A stretch of 64,000 nt of DNA from a phage. The translations under genes and the position numbers were made by a program. Each line of letters opens with the position of its first letter. Position 1 is the stretch's first letter. The DNA lies in assembly GCA_014685065.1 (NCBI GenBank), contig GCA_014685065.1_3930.1; one strand, 5' to 3'. The notes below the pieces were generated by a model. That model saw nothing but the letters and a program-made list of their open reading frames with translations, was not told the origin of the DNA and searched no databases. Shown here in pieces: positions 38,276 through 47,686 of this stretch.

Positions 38276-38674
38276 TTACTGAGAAGTTAGGCTTTTGAAA
38301 ATGCTTGCTTCGAAAAAACTTCCGAAGTTTGCCTCCAGCGCAAATGCTAAGTAATCAATAAATTCACCGTAGTTTGCTTGGAAGTACGTATCAATATTAA
38401 GTGGGAAGTCGTCAACAGTTGCCCCTTGAAATAATAAGGTAGCCATCTCTTCAAGGTTAATTTCTTCAATTCTGTCAAAACAAGCTTCAACAAGCTCTTT
38501 AAATGGAACCATTGGAGCTTCCTTCTTACCCTTGTCAGTCAGACTTGATAGCATCTGTGCAAAGGTTGGAACAACAATTTTACCCAACTTCATAGACATC
38601 TTAATACCATCTCTTGCCCCAAGCAGAACGATATTTACTTTCTTACCATTAATTACTCTAGATTCTGTTTTCAT
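38276..38674 (-). CDS. putative tail assembly chaperone
   Basis: 132 aa ORF between tube and tape measure genes. Confidence 0.4.
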   Translation of the reverse strand: MKTESRVINGKKVNIVLLGARDGIKMSMKLGKIVVPTFAQMLSSLTDKGKKEAPMVPFKELVEACFDRIEEINLEEMATLLFQGATVDDFPLNIDTYFQANYGEFIDYLAFALEANFGSFFEASIFKSLTSQ

Positions 38675-38700
38675 TGTGATTCCTTAATACTTTTAAAAGA

Positions 38701-38736
38701 AACAAAAAAGGGGAAGACCTTTTAAAGTCTCCCCCT
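38701..38736 (-). terminator. rho-independent terminator after tail tube gene
   Basis: On the minus strand GGGGGAGAC-tttaaaag-GTCTTCCCC followed by TTTTTTGTT. Confidence 0.6.
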
Positions 38737-38747
38737 TATAGGATTTA

Positions 38748-39194
38748 TTAAACACTTGACGCTGGAATTGTAGAAGTGTAGTCTAGCTTCTCACAACCAA
38801 AAATCCAAGTTTTAGAGTTCTGGTCACGACCAAGTTCAATCTGTGGTAATTCCTGCAACCAAGCATTAATACCAGTTGCCAGAACAGAGCCTGATGGGTC
38901 GTAGATTACGAAGTTAGAAGAGATATCTTCTTCAAGTTCCATATTGTCTTGTTTAGCTTGAATTGCAGAAAGCATCTGGTTAGAGAGAGAAGTCTGCATT
39001 AACTCAATCTCAATAGTACCTGTCTTGTCTGCATTTCTTGTCAGAGCAACTTGACCACCTGCACCAACAACTGGTGTCACAAGCGGTGATGTTCTCTGTA
39101 GACGCAAGAATGAATCTGGGGCAAAGCCTTCAATGGCAATACCATTCCAGCTACATACAACGTCTTTAGGGGAATATTGCTGATACATAGCCAT
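38748..39194 (-). CDS. putative tail tube protein
   Basis: 148 aa, directly downstream of the sheath-like gene and followed by a strong terminator. Confidence 0.5.
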   Translation of the reverse strand: MAMYQQYSPKDVVCSWNGIAIEGFAPDSFLRLQRTSPLVTPVVGAGGQVALTRNADKTGTIEIELMQTSLSNQMLSAIQAKQDNMELEEDISSNFVIYDPSGSVLATGINAWLQELPQIELGRDQNSKTWIFGCEKLDYTSTIPASSV

Positions 39195-39209
39195 TCCAAT
39201 TTACCTCTA

Positions 39210-40562
39210 TTATTCGTAAGCCACTGTACCTTTCAAGTCAACATCCAAGATAGCCCCTGCTAAGATACCTGCGAAGGTAACATCTTTCAGGATACGAGCT
39301 TTCTTGTCTGCCAAAGCAACTTGAGAGGCTTTAGGAACATTAACTGTGTAAGATGACAGGAAGTTTCTGTTGACTGCTCTTTGTAGAGAGGTTTCAATGA
39401 CTTGACGAATACGGGTAATACCAGTATCATCATAAGTAATCTTACCACCCTTCTGGTTAATTAGCAAGTCTCTCAGAGAAGTTTTCAGGTCTGATTCTAA
39501 CCAGTCAACGCCACGGACGATATCAATCCATTCCCCACCAGAAGTAATCCCTCTACGAACCACTGGAACACCACCATCAAGGTCAATAAAGTTACAGTGA
39601 CGTACATCTAAAGCAGACTTCTGAATACTTGTCAGAGGTCTCTGATTAGATGGTTGTAGAGAAGCTGCTACACCAGTTAGCTGAGCATTACCCCAAGCAA
39701 TTGAACCTGCATCATATGGAGCACCATAAGCAATGTATGCCATCTCTGGGTAGTCTTCTGCTGCTGCGTGATGCCACAAGCAAACTGTACGAGTGTACAT
39801 ACTCTTAGCAAGCTGTGCTGGAACATCATTTGCACTGGCTAATTCTGTACCTTGCAGGGCTGTTACATCGGAGTTAGCTGTAAAGAAGATTTTCTTGCGA
39901 GCCTGAATCTCAGAAGCCATTGCTAAGACAAACTGTTGAGTTCTGTCTTCTGCTGCAATGAAATACCAGTCAGTAGAGTAAGCTTCGATAGCTGCCAGAG
40001 CAGTTGATGCTGTATCGGCAGTTGTACTTGCAATATACACAGTCTGTGCTGTAGTTGTTACTTTCACAAAGTCATTATCACCAGCTTTGGTAATAATCAT
40101 TGTGGCAGAGCCATTGCTACCAGTTACGTTCACAGAAACCTTATCTTTGATTGTTGGGTCAGCTTCAATCTGTGTTTTAAACTGTTGCAACACGTTTTCA
40201 GCAGTGTCTTCAGCTTGCGCTGTATACTGATATGGTTGAGAAATTCCACCGCCAGCAGCTACAGTAATTGAGTAGTCTGTACTTTCAGCAACGGCATTAG
40301 GAATTGATACAGTGTACTGCATAGCACGTCTACCAATATAAAGCTGAGTTACTTTAGGAGTCTGACTCCAAAGTTGTTTAGCAGCCTTATATGCAGCAGA
40401 GTTTTCATCGAAATCTTCAGCAACTTCAGTTAAGGAAGTGTAACCACGGACTCTTTCTTCAAAGTTATCTGTTGAAGCTAAGAATAGTGGCAAACCAAAA
40501 CCTTCTCTTGTAGTTCCTGCGGTGTTCAATGTAATATCTACATTAACAATTGGATTCCACAT
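39210..40562 (-). CDS. putative contractile tail sheath protein
   Basis: 450 aa; size and sheath-tube-chaperone-tape measure gene order; C-terminal GAILDVDLKGTVAYE-type ending. Confidence 0.6.
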   Translation of the reverse strand: MWNPIVNVDITLNTAGTTREGFGLPLFLASTDNFEERVRGYTSLTEVAEDFDENSAAYKAAKQLWSQTPKVTQLYIGRRAMQYTVSIPNAVAESTDYSITVAAGGGISQPYQYTAQAEDTAENVLQQFKTQIEADPTIKDKVSVNVTGSNGSATMIITKAGDNDFVKVTTTAQTVYIASTTADTASTALAAIEAYSTDWYFIAAEDRTQQFVLAMASEIQARKKIFFTANSDVTALQGTELASANDVPAQLAKSMYTRTVCLWHHAAAEDYPEMAYIAYGAPYDAGSIAWGNAQLTGVAASLQPSNQRPLTSIQKSALDVRHCNFIDLDGGVPVVRRGITSGGEWIDIVRGVDWLESDLKTSLRDLLINQKGGKITYDDTGITRIRQVIETSLQRAVNRNFLSSYTVNVPKASQVALADKKARILKDVTFAGILAGAILDVDLKGTVAYE

Positions 40563-41162
40563 TTATTTTACCCCTTTGGAGTCTACATCTAGATGGATAG
40601 TATATTCTGGTGGCTCTTGTCCTTCTTCATAAACCAACTCACCATCAACAATGACACGCTCAATAATACTTCCACGTTCATCTTTCAGGACTGAATTTTT
40701 TACAAGAGTTACAACAAGAGGCGCAGAATTTTCGAAATCTGTATTGAGATAAGTGTAGTCATTTGGGATGGCTCCAGTGTCTAGTACTGTAGCTCCTGTC
40801 TCTTCAAGAATTAAATCCCTGACTGAACTCATCTCTAATCGTTGTTTAAGCTCAAGCATAATACTGTGAGCACCTTTACCATTCACCGTAATTAATACTG
40901 GAATCTGAAAAGCAATTCTGTAGCAAACTACATCATCCTCGACAAACTTATCAAGAACCCAACCATAAGGTGTTGCAGCATCTTGACAATATACGGTAAT
41001 AAATGGCTGGTCAGGTTTTAAACCTTTGTCATTTGAGTTATCAGAAGGGTAAGCTCTAATTACATTCGGTCTATTATTTTTATCACGAGCTAGTCTGTGA
41101 CCAATAACATCCACTAAGGTTCTAACTAGACCTTTTTCAAGTTCTGCTGTTTCTAACTGCAT
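40563..41162 (-). CDS. hypothetical head-tail joining/tail completion protein
   Basis: 199 aa; position between capsid and sheath genes. Confidence 0.35.
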   Translation of the reverse strand: MQLETAELEKGLVRTLVDVIGHRLARDKNNRPNVIRAYPSDNSNDKGLKPDQPFITVYCQDAATPYGWVLDKFVEDDVVCYRIAFQIPVLITVNGKGAHSIMLELKQRLEMSSVRDLILEETGATVLDTGAIPNDYTYLNTDFENSAPLVVTLVKNSVLKDERGSIIERVIVDGELVYEEGQEPPEYTIHLDVDSKGVK

Positions 41163-41538
41163 TCATTTTATCCCTTCTAATAATGATATATTCATAATGG
41201 GACGTATGGGCTAATTGCTGTGACCAATCCATAGTCATAAATACTTCATACTCATGACCATCAATCATAACAATATCAGACTCATTCCACTCTACATCAT
41301 CTGAAGTTCTAAGTTTATATGTGGTATACAGGATTCTTGTATCGGTAAGCCTAATACCTTCCGGTAAAGCAATCTGTGTACCATTCTTTACAGAACCTTT
41401 GATATATGGCTGGATATTACCTTTACAGTTAACCTCTACAATATCTTGTGAAGCTACCCAATCACCATCATCATTGTAATAACCGTCTTCAGAGACTTTA
41501 CGCTTTACTACAAAGCTGTGTCTGTTTAAGAGTCTCAT
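41137..41538 (-). CDS. hypothetical head-tail joining protein
   Basis: 133 aa. Confidence 0.35.
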   Translation of the reverse strand: MRLLNRHSFVVKRKVSEDGYYNDDGDWVASQDIVEVNCKGNIQPYIKGSVKNGTQIALPEGIRLTDTRILYTTYKLRTSDDVEWNESDIVMIDGHEYEVFMTMDWSQQLAHTSHYEYIIIRRDKMNAVRNSRT

Positions 41539-42017
41539 TTCTTAATACCCTTCTTAGTAGAAATTTTATAAGCAAGGTTATCTCTTAAGTCACCTGTCTC
41601 AACAAGAGGTGCGTTAAAGCCTTTTTTCTTGACTGTGGAAGGTGCGTTAGGAGGGAGGATAGCAGAATTACCAAAACCCCTTTTAATTGCCTTTTGAGTA
41701 TTCTTTGCAAATGCTTCTAAGGTATTTGAAGGGTCTGTATTGAGACTGCTAAGTTGCTTATATAGATTCTTCTTAGTCTGCTCTAACAAGGTCTGTTTGT
41801 TTAGCATCATAGTGATTTCAAACAACCTACGATATACTTTACCAGAAGCTGAAGGAACCCCAATAACTTCTTGTAAATACATTAAAGCAGGATAAGAAAA
41901 ACCAGAGCTATGTTGACCTTGTTCTTGAAAATACCCAACTTGAGCATTAGCCGTTTGCAAGTTCTTCATAGCCCCGACTAATTTTGCTCTCGCGGGGTGA
42001 ATAACCCTTTTAACCAT
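41535..42017 (-). CDS. hypothetical head-tail joining protein
   Basis: 160 aa. Confidence 0.35.
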   Translation of the reverse strand: MVKRVIHPARAKLVGAMKNLQTANAQVGYFQEQGQHSSGFSYPALMYLQEVIGVPSASGKVYRRLFEITMMLNKQTLLEQTKKNLYKQLSSLNTDPSNTLEAFAKNTQKAIKRGFGNSAILPPNAPSTVKKKGFNAPLVETGDLRDNLAYKISTKKGIKK

Positions 42018-42466
42018 TATTCATCTCGCTCGATAATAAATACGCCATTAACACGGTTGCAGTAATCTCTGCCTTCGTATCTGGCAGCATCACCATATTC
42101 TGTGTATTTCTTGACAGAGCAAGGATTTTGACGACGCATGTCAATATCACACTGATTAATACCACCTGCATAGGGTAGTCCTGAAACAGAGCTTTTAACA
42201 AGGTCGTCATAAACAGCTTTCAGAGATTTGAATCTGGAAGAGTTACGTAAATAAACACCACCAACCTTCTCATCTCCCATCTTGGCTACTTGAAAGAGTA
42301 AATATTTAAGAGCTTTGATGGCTGCTTTCTTTTCATCCTTTCCAGATTCTAGATAGAACCACTCTAGCACAGACTGTTCAATAAGAATTTCATCATTATT
42401 GGTGTCTGTGCAGAGGATTCTTACTCTATCAAGAGGGTTATTGGCTGGGTCGCCTGTATAACACAT
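42017..42466 (-). CDS. hypothetical head completion protein
   Basis: 149 aa. Confidence 0.35.
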   Translation of the reverse strand: MCYTGDPANNPLDRVRILCTDTNNDEILIEQSVLEWFYLESGKDEKKAAIKALKYLLFQVAKMGDEKVGGVYLRNSSRFKSLKAVYDDLVKSSVSGLPYAGGINQCDIDMRRQNPCSVKKYTEYGDAARYEGRDYCNRVNGVFIIERDE

Positions 42467-42487
42467 TAATAACCCTCCTTAAGAATA

Positions 42488-43591
42488 TTAGCCTTGAGCG
42501 TCAGCACGAACATCTACCAGCAACTGAGGACGAGTACAGTATGGCAGCATGTAAGAGTGAGCTTCGAAGTCAATACCTTCGTCACGGTCTTTTTCGTATT
42601 CGAATACGTATAGTTCCTGACCAAGTGTATTTGCATAACCCATCTTAGGACATGGGCCGTATGCAACTTCAAAGATGTTGTTAGCTTCACCCAACATAGA
42701 TACGTTAGGGAAAGCGTGCCCTACACCAACGTCTGCACCAGCACCATCAATGCTAACCAGAGTATGAACCTTACCACGCTTGTCTTTAAACTTACCGTTA
42801 TACTGGACAAACTTAACGCCACCGTAGTAGAAAGTGTTCATGTGAGCCTGAACGCCGTCGGCACCACCAGTTCTCAGAGAACCAGTAATCTGTTGCCAAG
42901 CCAGCGGAGTCTGCTGTGCAAGATAAGCATCACGAATCTTAGGGTGCTTAGTCAGTTTGCTGAAGAATACACGGTCAACAACTACGTGAATTTCTTCACC
43001 GTTGATTACAGTGCCAGTCTTAGCTTCATCTTCCATGTGCATACGCAGTTCTTCAATAGAAGCGTCGATGTCAGCATTAGGGTTGTCAAGGTCGAAGTAA
43101 ATAGTCTTCTTCTCAACGTCGAACTGCTTGTACAGGTCAGCGTACAGAGTACCACGAGCATCAACAACTTTACCCTTCAGAGCTTGCATAAACAGGAACT
43201 CACGAGTAATATCGAACTTGGTACGAATCTTCATCAGCTTCTTGGCACGTACTACAGCTTCAGTAGTCAGTTCGTTTGCAGTGCCTGGCTGACGTACACC
43301 CTGAATCTCATCAGGAGTAATGCTTTCAACTTCTTTGAAGTACATCATTGGGAAGCTGATTTGACGAACACGCTCAGGTGCGCTAGTCTCTGCTTTACGG
43401 CTATCACGGTCTACCGCATCAAGCAAGCTAACATCCCAATCAGTCAAGTCCATAAGGAAAGTAGTTTGGGTGATTGGTGCTGAACGGAATAGACCTAAGT
43501 TGGAAATATACCCATAAGTATTTGGAATAGACTGGACTTCACCAGTCAGGTCAGCAAGGAAAAATCTGCTTTTTTCAGAATTAGTCAACAT
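42488..43591 (-). CDS. major capsid protein (lambda gpE-like)
   Basis: 367 aa; C-terminal region FEAHSYMLPYCTRPQLLVDVRADAQG resembles the lambda E-family C-terminus; preceded by D-like and protease genes. Confidence 0.8.
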   Translation of the reverse strand: MLTNSEKSRFFLADLTGEVQSIPNTYGYISNLGLFRSAPITQTTFLMDLTDWDVSLLDAVDRDSRKAETSAPERVRQISFPMMYFKEVESITPDEIQGVRQPGTANELTTEAVVRAKKLMKIRTKFDITREFLFMQALKGKVVDARGTLYADLYKQFDVEKKTIYFDLDNPNADIDASIEELRMHMEDEAKTGTVINGEEIHVVVDRVFFSKLTKHPKIRDAYLAQQTPLAWQQITGSLRTGGADGVQAHMNTFYYGGVKFVQYNGKFKDKRGKVHTLVSIDGAGADVGVGHAFPNVSMLGEANNIFEVAYGPCPKMGYANTLGQELYVFEYEKDRDEGIDFEAHSYMLPYCTRPQLLVDVRADAQG

Positions 43592-43624
43592 TGTAAAATT
43601 CTCCAGAATGTCTTATTATTGTTA

Positions 43625-44002
43625 TTACAGGCCAGTTGGTACGAAATCAATACCTTTAGCAGCCAGAGCTGTCTTGACTGCATCAGCATCAACACCTGAT
43701 TCAAGAGTAAGCAGGTCTTTTAGTTCTGCGTCACGGTAAATACCAACAACTTTCAACTGACCGTGGTAAGACAGTTGTAGGTCTGCGTAAAAGTTAACGA
43801 TACATACAGAATCAGCCTGAGCTTCTTCCCCTGCTGCAACTTTAGTACCATCTGCTTTCAGGACTTCACCTACACGGTATTCTATTGAAGCAACTGGAGT
43901 GTACTCTTTGCGAGAGTGACCTGTTGGGGTAACCTGTTCCCAAAGAATGATATCATTCAGAGGTTCTCTTTTACCTAAGTGAGTAAAACCTTCATATGCC
44001 AT
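43625..44002 (-). CDS. putative head decoration protein (lambda gpD-like)
   Basis: 125 aa immediately upstream of the major capsid gene. Confidence 0.45.
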   Translation of the reverse strand: MAYEGFTHLGKREPLNDIILWEQVTPTGHSRKEYTPVASIEYRVGEVLKADGTKVAAGEEAQADSVCIVNFYADLQLSYHGQLKVVGIYRDAELKDLLTLESGVDADAVKTALAAKGIDFVPTGL

Positions 44003-44013
44003 TATTGTGTTCC

Positions 44014-45360
44014 TTATTTGATAAGAGATTTTAGAGCATTCTGGAGAGCCAGTTTGCGTTGTTCAGCGGTGTCTTCGGAAGCATTCTTAGCTGGTTCTTT
44101 TTCTTCTTCAACCAAATCAGCTTCGCCGTCATTACCCATTTCTTCCATAGCATTAGAATGTTCAAGAACAGCACCAGCAGTTTCTTTCAGCTTGGTAATT
44201 TCTGATTCTTTTTCTTCCATTGCAGAAGCATGGGACGCGATAGTTTCATTAAGTTTCTGGTTAGCACCTTCCATAGCATTCATAAACAGAACGCTCAGAG
44301 GGTTATCAAGACCAGCACCTAAAATAGTCGTTGCAGCTTCTTTTGCATCAAACCCAAAAGCTTCAGCAGAAGCAGAAATCTTATTAGTCAAATCTGACAA
44401 AGCAGCTTCCTGTTCTTTAGCTTTCATTTGAGCAACCTGAAGACGCAAAGCTTCTAGTTCTTGCTTTTCTTGTTCAGTCATTTCTTCACCTGAATTGTTA
44501 ACGTTTAAACTTACAGGAGCCTCTTCAGAACCTTGTAAGTAATTTAAGAAATCATCTTGAGACATGATTGAGTTAATTAAACCAAGTTCAAGAGCTTCCT
44601 GAGCAGAATAAACATTCGCCTCAGTATTCTTTACAGCTTCTTCAGAGAGATTACGAGATTCAGCTACAAAACCTGTAAAGGTTGCGTAGGTATCATTAAT
44701 TCTCTTTTGAAGTCTTTCTTTGCTTTCTTCTGAAAGTGCTTGGAATGGTGAACCCATACCTTTAAACTCACCAGCTTTGATGACGTTAATTGTTACGCCA
44801 TTCTTTTCAAATGCCTTAGTTAATTCCTGATGAACCATGATTACACCAATAGAACCAACATCTGCATCTGGTGATGCAATAATTTCTTCAGCAGAAGATG
44901 CAAGAGCGTATGCAGCGGAACAAGCGAACTCATCTACATAAGCAATAATTTTCTTTTGGCCTCTTGAAGCCATAATGTGACGTGCTAATTCAAAGCAACC
45001 TGAAGCTTCACCACCACCAGAATCGATGTGCAGAACAATAGTCTTGATTGACTCATCTGCTAAAGCTTCGTCAAAGCCTCTACGCAAACCTTCATAAGAG
45101 CTTAATCCACCTGTACACATTGCATCAATGAATGTCATACGATGGGTTAAACCACCCATAATAGGGATAATAGCAATGTCATCTTTCACTTTTAAAAGAC
45201 TTCTTGCTTCACCTTTGGGTTTATCAAAGTTTACTGCTGCTTGGACATCACCCAGCAATCTGTTATTCACATAAGTTGCTGCTGAGTGAGCTAATGATTC
45301 AGTGGCTAGTAAAGGTTGGTTGAATAATCTATCAGCAAGTCTGAAGATATTCGAACTCAT
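44014..45360 (-). CDS. prohead protease (S49/SppA family) fused to scaffold-like C-terminal region
   Basis: 448 aa; N-terminal half has S49-like segments (IVLHIDSGGGEASG, FACSAAYALASSA); C-terminal half is a charged coiled coil. Confidence 0.8.
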   Translation of the reverse strand: MSSNIFRLADRLFNQPLLATESLAHSAATYVNNRLLGDVQAAVNFDKPKGEARSLLKVKDDIAIIPIMGGLTHRMTFIDAMCTGGLSSYEGLRRGFDEALADESIKTIVLHIDSGGGEASGCFELARHIMASRGQKKIIAYVDEFACSAAYALASSAEEIIASPDADVGSIGVIMVHQELTKAFEKNGVTINVIKAGEFKGMGSPFQALSEESKERLQKRINDTYATFTGFVAESRNLSEEAVKNTEANVYSAQEALELGLINSIMSQDDFLNYLQGSEEAPVSLNVNNSGEEMTEQEKQELEALRLQVAQMKAKEQEAALSDLTNKISASAEAFGFDAKEAATTILGAGLDNPLSVLFMNAMEGANQKLNETIASHASAMEEKESEITKLKETAGAVLEHSNAMEEMGNDGEADLVEEEKEPAKNASEDTAEQRKLALQNALKSLIK

Positions 45361-45371
45361 TTTTACTCACC

Positions 45372-45704
45372 CTATTTGTTTAAATCTACAGAGACTGAAG
45401 AGATAACATAGATACCTTCTTCAGCGAAGAATTGAGGTTTGCTAAGAGCACCAGTTGCCACGCATTTATCGTTAGCATCCCACAAGCTATAGTGTGAGAC
45501 CGTTGCAGAAGCTGGAACAGTAATATTAACTGTATCTTCTGAGGCAATTAAGCCATTATCCGGTTCAGAAAAATAAATAGCCACTGGCTGAGTAACCTTA
45601 TTTGCTGTAGGGTCTGCCGTTGGGTCTACATTGTGTAAAATAATAGTCGTTGGGGTTAGCGTGGCGAGGATTTTATTCTTACCATCAATAGTTAATGTTC
45701 CCAT
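45372..45704 (-). CDS. hypothetical protein
   Basis: 110 aa. Confidence 0.4.
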   Translation of the reverse strand: MGTLTIDGKNKILATLTPTTIILHNVDPTADPTANKVTQPVAIYFSEPDNGLIASEDTVNITVPASATVSHYSLWDANDKCVATGALSKPQFFAEEGIYVISSVSVDLNK

Positions 45705-46204
45705 TAATTAAACCTTACTTTTTGTTTAAGGACTGTTGAATGGTTACCAGATTCATCTACCACATTTACAATCATATCATATACTTTGCCTTTGACAAGT
45801 ACTTTGTAATCATTTTGTGAAAAAATGTATTCAAGTCTGTTTGTTTCTTTATTAACTGTCATTGGAGATTGAAATGCAGTGTCGAGGGTAATGAAAGCGG
45901 CTTCAATGCTATTAACATTGATACGTTTATTCTCGCAGTTATATAACTTTACACCCAAAAGGCATGAACTGTCAAATGGAATTTTAACAATTTCACTACA
46001 ATTTCCTAAAATAAACGGTTTTCCACTCATTGGTGCATCAAGTAACCTGCAAATAGTGAAAACGTCAGAGGTTCCACCATCACTTACATAACCTGAAAGG
46101 CTGACCCTTGAGCCAGCCTCTACAGATAATTTGTCAGTGATAATAAGAACACCTCTATACGAATGCACTCGTGTAGCATTTGAAATAGAGATAACTTCAG
46201 CCAT
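45704..46204 (-). CDS. hypothetical head-associated protein
   Basis: 166 aa between portal and protease genes. Confidence 0.4.
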   Translation of the reverse strand: MAEVISISNATRVHSYRGVLIITDKLSVEAGSRVSLSGYVSDGGTSDVFTICRLLDAPMSGKPFILGNCSEIVKIPFDSSCLLGVKLYNCENKRINVNSIEAAFITLDTAFQSPMTVNKETNRLEYIFSQNDYKVLVKGKVYDMIVNVVDESGNHSTVLKQKVRFN

Positions 46205-47670
46205 TATTTATTTGCCTTATTTGCTGTGCTTGGGTCTTTCGCTGAAGGTGTCTTTGCAGTACCTTCTCCAGCGGTCTTATAACCATCTCCTGAACGGCTT
46301 TGACTATTTGGAGAAAGCTTTTCAGATACTGGCTGAGACTCATCAGCAGGAGGAAGACCAATATGCTCTCTAAGCTTGTTAGATAGCTCTTTGTCAACTT
46401 CCAAAGCACCTACTGCAACAGTCTTCTGGATATAAGAACCAATTGCTTCAAGGTCTGGAGTTTCGATATCATCATATGTGATTTGTACATGTTCTTCATC
46501 ATCCCACATATTAAGAGCATAAGTCTGTGCAACTAAATCACGGTTAATTACGTTCTTAATTTGCTTCAGCAGAATATCCACTGACATTGCTAGTAAGCTT
46601 GTCTTAGAATCTGCAAGAGAGAATGAACCGTATTTTGACTGACCCATAGCAAGAACATCTGACATGAATGCCATCATAATCTGCTTGGAATATCTGTCAA
46701 TAATAGAACCTGTATCATATGCTTTAGCACCCTGTCTAGAAACTAATGAGAACTCGAAAATATCCTCTTTAGTATCTGGGTCGATATATCTAGGCCAGAT
46801 TAAACCTGCTCTATCATTAGCAATCATATCGTTAACAACAGTTTTGCAGTATTGTACGAAAGCTTTCTTTTCAGGTTCTGCATTTTCATCCAGATAATCT
46901 GGTGGTAAACCAATCTTTGGCATACCTACCAAGTCTCTTGAAACACCAACGGCTTCGTACTCTTCAATCTGAACTTTATACTTCCACGGTACATAGGCAT
47001 TAAGTAATGGTGAACGACCTTCTGGGTTTCCATATTCATCATCATACTTAAACAGCATGAATTTAGCTCGTGGAAGTTTTCTTGTTAGTGGCCTTTCTCC
47101 GAGATTAATTGCCCCAGCAATATGTGAAACATTTCTCAGATTCTGTCTAACACCAGTAACTTTTCTAAAGTCTTCGTCAAAATACCACTTATCAAGTGTT
47201 GATTGGTTTCTGATTGGTAATTTAGCCCATCCAATTAGACCATCATCAAATTTTGACTGGTACTTTCCTTTTTTACCCTGTCGCTTCTTATAAACTTTCT
47301 CGTTAACACAGAACCCATAAGTGCAGAATGACATTACAGAATTAATAAAATCTGCCCAATCATGCTCCATGTCATCCATTAAAGAATTAAAGAAGTCTGC
47401 TCTTTCAAGCATTTTAGGGTCTTGCTCTTTTCCCTTTGGAGGTACGAATCTCCAGTTGACTTTTCTGACAAACATCTTAATAATATTTACAGATGCTGCT
47501 ACAGCAGGGTCACGCATCATTAATTGGAAAGTTTTAATACTTTCAGGGAACCTTAGTGCCTGACGAGGTTCTTCATAGATTCTTCCATTCTTAACCTTCA
47601 GACCCAAAGAACCTACTTCACCCATTCTAAATGGTGGTAAGCTTTCTTGTGTTTCTGTAATATCTGCCAT
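46204..47670 (-). CDS. portal protein
   Basis: Start trimmed to ATG at 47668-47670 (RBS AGGTGAG); about 488 aa; directly downstream of the terminase large subunit gene. Confidence 0.75.
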   Translation of the reverse strand: MADITETQESLPPFRMGEVGSLGLKVKNGRIYEEPRQALRFPESIKTFQLMMRDPAVAASVNIIKMFVRKVNWRFVPPKGKEQDPKMLERADFFNSLMDDMEHDWADFINSVMSFCTYGFCVNEKVYKKRQGKKGKYQSKFDDGLIGWAKLPIRNQSTLDKWYFDEDFRKVTGVRQNLRNVSHIAGAINLGERPLTRKLPRAKFMLFKYDDEYGNPEGRSPLLNAYVPWKYKVQIEEYEAVGVSRDLVGMPKIGLPPDYLDENAEPEKKAFVQYCKTVVNDMIANDRAGLIWPRYIDPDTKEDIFEFSLVSRQGAKAYDTGSIIDRYSKQIMMAFMSDVLAMGQSKYGSFSLADSKTSLLAMSVDILLKQIKNVINRDLVAQTYALNMWDDEEHVQITYDDIETPDLEAIGSYIQKTVAVGALEVDKELSNKLREHIGLPPADESQPVSEKLSPNSQSRSGDGYKTAGEGTAKTPSAKDPSTANKANK

Positions 47671-47686
47671 TCTTCTCACCTAGCTA

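Noticed and set aside
42716-43483. 255-aa plus-strand ORF
   Set aside because: Lies entirely antisense within the major capsid gene and has low-complexity Leu/Ser/Asn-rich composition; the minus-strand gene has a clear capsid-family C-terminus.
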